From a bacterium (GTDB lineage Bacteria > UBA8248), in assembly GCA_965261085.1 (NCBI GenBank), contig OZ253442.1, positions 3,072,001 to 3,136,000 of the forward strand: 64,000 nt of DNA, read 5' to 3'. Within the stretch, counting starts at the first letter, position 1. The number at the start of each line of letters is the position of its first letter. The notes below the pieces were generated by a model. The model was not told where the DNA came from. It did not search any database and saw only the letters and a list, made by a program, of their open reading frames with translations. Below are positions 59,152 through 64,000 of the stretch, piece after piece. The position numbers were made by a program, and so were the translations under genes.

Positions 59152-59931
59152 TTAGTCCCATTTCCTGCCCGGCATGTGATTATAGACGCTATTCAGGATG
59201 CCGCCATCGATATCGAGGCGCGAAGCCGTAATCCAATCGGATTCCTCGGAGAGCAAGAACAAGATGCCGTGCGCGATATCCACGGGCTGGCCCACACGGC
59301 CAAGGGGCGTCACGTCGCTTCTGCCTTTTTTGATTTCAGGGTCTTGCAGATAGGCGGTGAGCGGCGTTTCCGTATGGCCGGGACAGACGGCGTTCACGCG
59401 AATTCCCTTCCGCGCCCATTCGATGGCCAGCTGTTTGGAGAGCATGATGATGCCCGCCTTCACCGTGCTGTACGCGCCCGACATCCCGTAAGGCTGAACC
59501 CCGGCATTCGAGGATAAATTCACCATAACGCCCGGCCTTTCGTTCTCTATCAGCCAGCGCCCCGCCGCCTGCCACATCAGGAACATGCCCGTAAGGCCTA
59601 TATCCAGCACCATCTTCCAACTCGCCAAAGACAAATCGACCAAAGGGGCGGGGTCCATCTTGATGGCGCAGTTCACCAGATGGTCCAGACCGCCGAACTC
59701 GCTCACCGCGCGCTCCACCGCCGCCCGGCAAGAAGCCTCATCCGTCACGTCGAGCCTTTCGAATACCGCTTTATCCTTCCCCAGCTTGGCTTCCAGTTCG
59801 ACGCCCAACTCCTCGTTCACGTCGCCGATGAGAACGCGCCCGCCCTGCTCCACATACATTTCACACGTCTTGGCGCCGATGCCCCGGGCGCCCCCCGCTA
59901 CGATGCAGACATCTCCATCAAAACGGCCCAT
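59152..59931 (-). CDS. SDR family oxidoreductase
   Basis: GGARGIG, YSTVK, RVNAVCPG. Confidence 0.93.
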   Translation of the reverse strand: MGRFDGDVCIVAGGARGIGAKTCEMYVEQGGRVLIGDVNEELGVELEAKLGKDKAVFERLDVTDEASCRAAVERAVSEFGGLDHLVNCAIKMDPAPLVDLSLASWKMVLDIGLTGMFLMWQAAGRWLIENERPGVMVNLSSNAGVQPYGMSGAYSTVKAGIIMLSKQLAIEWARKGIRVNAVCPGHTETPLTAYLQDPEIKKGRSDVTPLGRVGQPVDIAHGILFLLSEESDWITASRLDIDGGILNSVYNHMPGRKWD

Positions 59932-59946
59932 GTTCCACCTCCTCTC

Positions 59947-60753
59947 TCAAGTCGTTTTATAGTCTATTTTCCTGCCGCCCCAGTTTCGCCCGGGCGTATG
60001 AATCATCTTGCTCTCCACCTGTCCCCCGTCGATTGGCAGGTTCGCCGCCGTGATGTACCTCGCCCGATCCGAGAGCAGGAACACGCAGCCTTCCGCGATA
60101 TCCTCAGGCGTGGCCACGCGCCCCATGGGCACCACGGCGGCGCGTCCCGCCGCGAGCTCCGGGTCCTGGAACATGGCTTCCGTCATCGGGGTGCGCACCT
60201 GGCCCGGAGAGACGGTGTTCGCGCGAACGCCGCGCCCGCCCCACTCCACGCCGAAAAGCTTGCTGAGCATGATGGCTCCCGCCTTGCACACGCTGTAAGC
60301 GCCCGCGAGGGGGTAGGTCTGCATACCGCCGATGGAGGACACGAAAACAATAGACCCTTGCCCCTTGTCCAGCATTACCCTTCCCGCCGCCTGAGCGCAG
60401 AGGAAATAGCCCTTGAGGCCGATATCCATCACCATGTCCCAGTCGTCCTCGGGCAGGTCTTCCAACTTTCCCGGCACGAGCTTGATCGCGCAGCAAACAA
60501 GGCTGTCTATCGTTCCGAAGGCGTCGATGGCCTCCGCCGCCATGCGCTCGGCATCGGCTTTTTTCGAGGTATCCATCTCGATCAGGAGCGCCTTGCCGCC
60601 TTTCTCCTCGACCATGGAAACCGTCTCGGCCGCGGTTTCGGGGTTGATGTCGGCCACGGCGACGTCCGCTCCCTCGGCGGCGGCGAGGACGCACGTGGCG
60701 CGGCCGATGCCGCTGCCCCCTCCCGTCACGATGACCTTCTTGCCTTCGAGCAT
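59947..60753 (-). CDS. SDR family oxidoreductase, tandem paralog
   Basis: TGGGSGIG, YSVCK, RANTVSPG. Confidence 0.93.
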   Translation of the reverse strand: MLEGKKVIVTGGGSGIGRATCVLAAAEGADVAVADINPETAAETVSMVEEKGGKALLIEMDTSKKADAERMAAEAIDAFGTIDSLVCCAIKLVPGKLEDLPEDDWDMVMDIGLKGYFLCAQAAGRVMLDKGQGSIVFVSSIGGMQTYPLAGAYSVCKAGAIMLSKLFGVEWGGRGVRANTVSPGQVRTPMTEAMFQDPELAAGRAAVVPMGRVATPEDIAEGCVFLLSDRARYITAANLPIDGGQVESKMIHTPGRNWGGRKIDYKTT

Positions 60754-60964
60754 GGTGAAAAATCCCCCAAAGATTGATTATTCAATATGTTATGACTCAT
60801 CAAAGCGATATGGACGGCATCATACGCGAGAGTCGCCTCCCGGGCCAGCCTCATCCGGTCCGCTCGTGAATGAATTATATATCTATATAGATAACAATAT
60901 GTTACCGCATATATATGATATTTATTCGAGGGTCCGGAGGCGCATTTTTCTTATCAGATAAACA

Positions 60965-60999
60965 TCGTCAATTTATCGAAAAACGTCGTGAATTTATCG
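60965..60999. promoter_or_regulatory. Direct repeat TCGT(C/G)AATTTATCG x2 (21-bp period) in an AT-rich region upstream of the SDR pair
   Basis: Copies at 60965-60978 and 60986-60999; 14-bp palindrome at 60880-60893 nearby. Confidence 0.45.
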
Positions 61000-61192
61000 T
61001 ATTTTATCGAATTGTTCATTTTAGATTTTTGATTTTGGATGGATTCGCCGGCGCCGCTCACGCCCGCCCGAGGCGTCTTTCCCGCCTCGCGCTCCCTCCC
61101 GCGCTTACAAGAAGGGAGCCGAACTATACGTGCGCGCCCGAAATTCCCCTGCTCCGCAAATGCGGGCAAATGCGCGCCGCCGCACGGACGCA

Positions 61193-61618
61193 TCACTCTT
61201 CGTTCCCGTCTGGCGCTTGAACCCGCCACACCTGAATGAGCGACCCGACGATTCCCCTCGGAGCCGGCAATATCGTGATGATGAAAAACAAGCCGATGAC
61301 CAGAATCGCCCGTTCGGTATGTTCGCCCAGAAAATCGTTCAGGTAATGCACGAAGCTCGCGCCGACGAAAGGCCCGACGAGCGTTCCTAGCCCGCCGACG
61401 ACCGACCAGATGACAATTTCTCCCGAGTGAATCACGTCCATCTGCTCGGTGCCGATGATGCCGTTTTTCAGCAGGGCCAGCACCCCCGCCGCCGAGGTGA
61501 AGAATCCCGAAACGGCCGTGTTGAATATCTTATAAGCGTTCACGTTATAGCCGAGATAAGCGACGCGCCGCTCATTCTCGCGAATGCCCATGAACACCAG
61601 TCCGACGGGCGGGATTTG
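61193..61618 (-). pseudogene. 3' fragment of a branched-chain amino acid ABC permease (LivM-like)
   Basis: GIRENERRVAYLGYNV, VVGGLGTLVGPFVGA, PRGIVG; N-terminal half replaced by unrelated AT-richer DNA. Confidence 0.8.
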
Positions 61619-61715
61619 AGTATCTCGATTATTCTCAGGATACAACCATACAAATTGACAATCATCACCCACCGTCTCATAAACGATGGAAACAAAAACG
61701 AAGAGGAGAGATGAA

Positions 61716-62660
61716 ATGCCAATACCAGGTTGGCAGGATTGTATGCTCCCGGCGCTTGAGGCTCTTGGCGATGGAAAGGAAGCGCACAAAAACAGCGTGA
61801 TTGAAAGGGCGGCCCGTTCCCTGAAAATTACGCCTGTCGAACTTAAAGAAGAATACTCCCGTTCGCGTAATCCGATATTCGCCAATCGCGTTGGTTGGGC
61901 GATAACAGACTTGAAATTCGCCGGGTTGATAAAAAGCCCGCGCCGGGGCGTGTTCCAAATTACGGAGGAAGGCCGGAAACTGTTGGATGATCGGCCCTCT
62001 CAGGTCAACGTTAAATTTCTCATGAAGAACTATGAGCTATATCGGAAATCGCAAACAAAGGATGCGAAGCTGGCACGCTCAAGAAAGACGCGGAAAATAG
62101 AGGATGTGGAGACGACCATAGAAGCCGGCACACCCGAAGAACGAATTGAGCAAGCCGCCGAAGAAATCAGAGCGGCGCTCGAACGTGAACTCCTGGAGAG
62201 AATCCATTGCGCTCCGCCTGATTTTTTTGAAAGACTGGTGGTCGATCTCCTTGAGGCGATGGGTTATGGCGTAGGCGAACACGAGGGAAGGCCTGGAGAC
62301 GGAGGAGTGGACGGCAAGATTCGGGAAGATGCCCTAGGCCTCGATGAGGTCTATGTTCAGGCGAAAAGATACGCTCCGAAAAACAGCGTAGGAAGTCAGG
62401 AGATAGACGCATTCGCCGGGGCGCTCGACATCAAGGGAACCAACAAAGGGGTTTTCTTCACCACTTCGACCTTCTCACCCGCCGCCCGGAGACACGCCGA
62501 GGCAAGCTCCAAAAAGATTGTGCTCATAGATGGAGAAGAACTCGCCAGCCTCATGGCGCGGCATTCAGTTGGGGTGCGCGAGAGTGAAGGCATCGCCTTG
62601 GTGATCGAGCATGTGAAGCGCATTGATGAGGATTATTTCGATTTAGAGGGTGGCTCGTAG
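61716..62660 (+). CDS. mrr: Mrr family type IV restriction endonuclease
   Basis: Mrr_N (NRVGWA...RRGVFQIT); FFERLVVDLL..MGYG, DGGVDG, VQAKRY, LIDGEEL, DYF. Confidence 0.93.
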   Translation: MPIPGWQDCMLPALEALGDGKEAHKNSVIERAARSLKITPVELKEEYSRSRNPIFANRVGWAITDLKFAGLIKSPRRGVFQITEEGRKLLDDRPSQVNVKFLMKNYELYRKSQTKDAKLARSRKTRKIEDVETTIEAGTPEERIEQAAEEIRAALERELLERIHCAPPDFFERLVVDLLEAMGYGVGEHEGRPGDGGVDGKIREDALGLDEVYVQAKRYAPKNSVGSQEIDAFAGALDIKGTNKGVFFTTSTFSPAARRHAEASSKKIVLIDGEELASLMARHSVGVRESEGIALVIEHVKRIDEDYFDLEGGS

Positions 62661-62716
62661 GTTTACAGTTGGGATTGAGTGGCTGGTTATGTGGGCTTGA
62701 GTTAGAAGGATAGCGA

Positions 62717-63304
62717 ATGAAAAAACCACAAATGGAAGATCCTGATGACTTGCCCGATTCTCTTTGGGAAGCCATCAATGGGCGGCTTTGGCATGCGACC
62801 TCGACCGAGGGGCTAAAAGGAATATTGGAAGCCGGGAAAATAAGAATAGGCAATCGCTACAAGAACGCGTTGTGTCGTCACTTAGGCTGTGTAAGCCTCT
62901 TTGATTTCGGGCCGACTGCAAAGCATTACGAAGGCCAGTTTAACAACTGGTGGGGTTGGTTCGGTCATCAGCAAGATTCAACAATGGCCGTATGGCTTGA
63001 GATTGATCGTGTTGCCACGGCCAACAAAGTTTATGACGCAGGGGAAATACATAGAATTTCGAAAGACAATCTCAAGAAACAGTTGATCCCCGGAGTGGAA
63101 GCTGGCCATAAAGGCCCAATTCCCCTTGATGTCTTGAAAAGCGCGTTGCTGATCTACCGATATGATTTGAATAGGTTCAAGCGTTTCGAGGAAGTTGATG
63201 AAGTCCTTATCCGCCAAGCAATTGATTTTAAAAAATCGTTGCCTCCACCTCCTCCGCTTCATCCTCTAGAAATTGCTCGAAGACTCTCAGCATCGAAATC
63301 ATAA
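62717..63304 (+). CDS. Hypothetical protein, possible ADP-ribosyltransferase-like fold
   Basis: 195-aa ORF; LWHATS..GLKGILEAGKI resembles the H-x-T start of ART-like folds; fold is speculative. Confidence 0.6.
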   Translation: MKKPQMEDPDDLPDSLWEAINGRLWHATSTEGLKGILEAGKIRIGNRYKNALCRHLGCVSLFDFGPTAKHYEGQFNNWWGWFGHQQDSTMAVWLEIDRVATANKVYDAGEIHRISKDNLKKQLIPGVEAGHKGPIPLDVLKSALLIYRYDLNRFKRFEEVDEVLIRQAIDFKKSLPPPPPLHPLEIARRLSASKS

Positions 63305-63484
63305 AAACAAGGTAAACTAAAAGTAATATACAATGTGTGGACACGGGGGTCTCGTCCTAAACCACCTGCTCGATTTCGGAATTTCGCCCTTGTCTTATCG
63401 TCGGATTCCCGTGGAGGAAGAAAAACAAAGCCTCGAGGGGGAGAAAATAAAAACTCCTCACATGAAGCGCATTTGACTCCTCCC

Positions 63485-63655
63485 TCAAACAGGAATGTAC
63501 GCCCCTCTAAATTCCAGCAGATCATCACGCCGGGGGCTGAAAATCTGGAGGTACTGGGAGCCGTCCTCAAGCGCCTTGAGCCATTGCTCGACGTTCGACT
63601 TGCGCACCGCCACATCGCCCGCGCCGACTTCACGCGCGCCTTCGCGAGTCTCTTT
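63485..63655 (-). pseudogene. Cupin C-terminal remnant
   Basis: Startless frame reads EVGAGDVAVRKSNVEQWLKALEDGSQYLQIFSPRRDD, like cupin GD...PSNV.H..ALED....IFSP.R.D. Confidence 0.5.
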
Positions 63656-63695
63656 TCATGGTTCGCGAATCATCGCCTACTTGCCGGGCAATACC

Positions 63696-64000
63696 TTAGG
63701 GCATCACCTTAATCGAGATGGTCGCCGACCACTTCTTGCCGTAGGAGCGGTGCAGGCCGTCGGCGAACTGCATCGTGAGCGTATAATCCCCGGGAGCAAG
63801 CTTGAGAGACGCTTCCGTCTGTCCCTTCCCGTAGTGCGGGTGCATGGCGTCGGTGGGTATCACCTTGCCTTTGCGCATGGAACCTCCGTTGATGATAATG
63901 TGATGATGCCCCGTTCCCTTCACCACGCCGCCCGAGGGCTTGATGGTCATGCCCGCAACGCCCATCGCGACTTTCACGGGGCTTTTCACCTGCGCCCCGT
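63696..64000 (-). CDS. DUF4399 domain protein (5' end beyond the window)
   Basis: TGHHHIII, HYGKGQTEA.L.L.PGDYTLTMQFADGLH. Confidence 0.85.
   Translation of the reverse strand, partial: GAQVKSPVKVAMGVAGMTIKPSGGVVKGTGHHHIIINGGSMRKGKVIPTDAMHPHYGKGQTEASLKLAPGDYTLTMQFADGLHRSYGKKWSATISIKVMP

Noticed and set aside
61193-61885. 230-aa ORF as an intact gene
   Set aside because: Chimeric: only the part below about 61618 is LivM-like; the rest is antisense to mrr and its leader.
1-64000. CRISPR arrays, tRNA (including selC), rRNA, IS or integrase genes, sel machinery
   Set aside because: None recognised by eye; intergenic gaps are short and lack repeat-spacer or cloverleaf patterns. A covariance-model scan was not possible.

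Overview
Gene-dense, GC-rich bacterial chromosome segment, probably from an uncultured or environmental lineage; no taxon can be fixed from the sequence alone. It mixes housekeeping genes (leuS, mgtE, hflX, mqnD, queE, rlpA) with many catabolic modules: a PrpB-like lyase with two MmgE/PrpD proteins, glcDEF with cupins, a split UxaA/SuyAB-like enzyme, a CoA-transferase-like pair with an RraA/HMG aldolase, an acyl-CoA mutase with an aldehyde:ferredoxin oxidoreductase, and tandem MFS and SDR paralogs. No rRNA, tRNA, CRISPR array or transposase was recognised. The main hidden signal is two genes that the ORF track splits at an in-frame TGA, each followed 11 nt later by a SECIS-like hairpin. One is a deiodinase-like thioredoxin-fold selenoprotein (2785-3423, minus; FGAIT-U-PPF). 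The other is an unexpected family-I CoA-transferase/IpdA-like subunit A (40778-41605, plus; TEHA-U-ASVLAGLRAAA). Its putative Sec appears to sit at the IpdA catalytic-Glu position, while the partner subunit B appears to lack the canonical CoA-transferase Glu. Other oddities are an acyl-CoA mutase with a rewired active site, a possible AUC start for hflX, a G12 tract at a ribosome-binding site, a lipoprotein gene with two in-frame stops, and an mrr plus ART-like insert inside a decayed ABC-transporter operon. All homology calls are from motif recognition by eye, not database searches.
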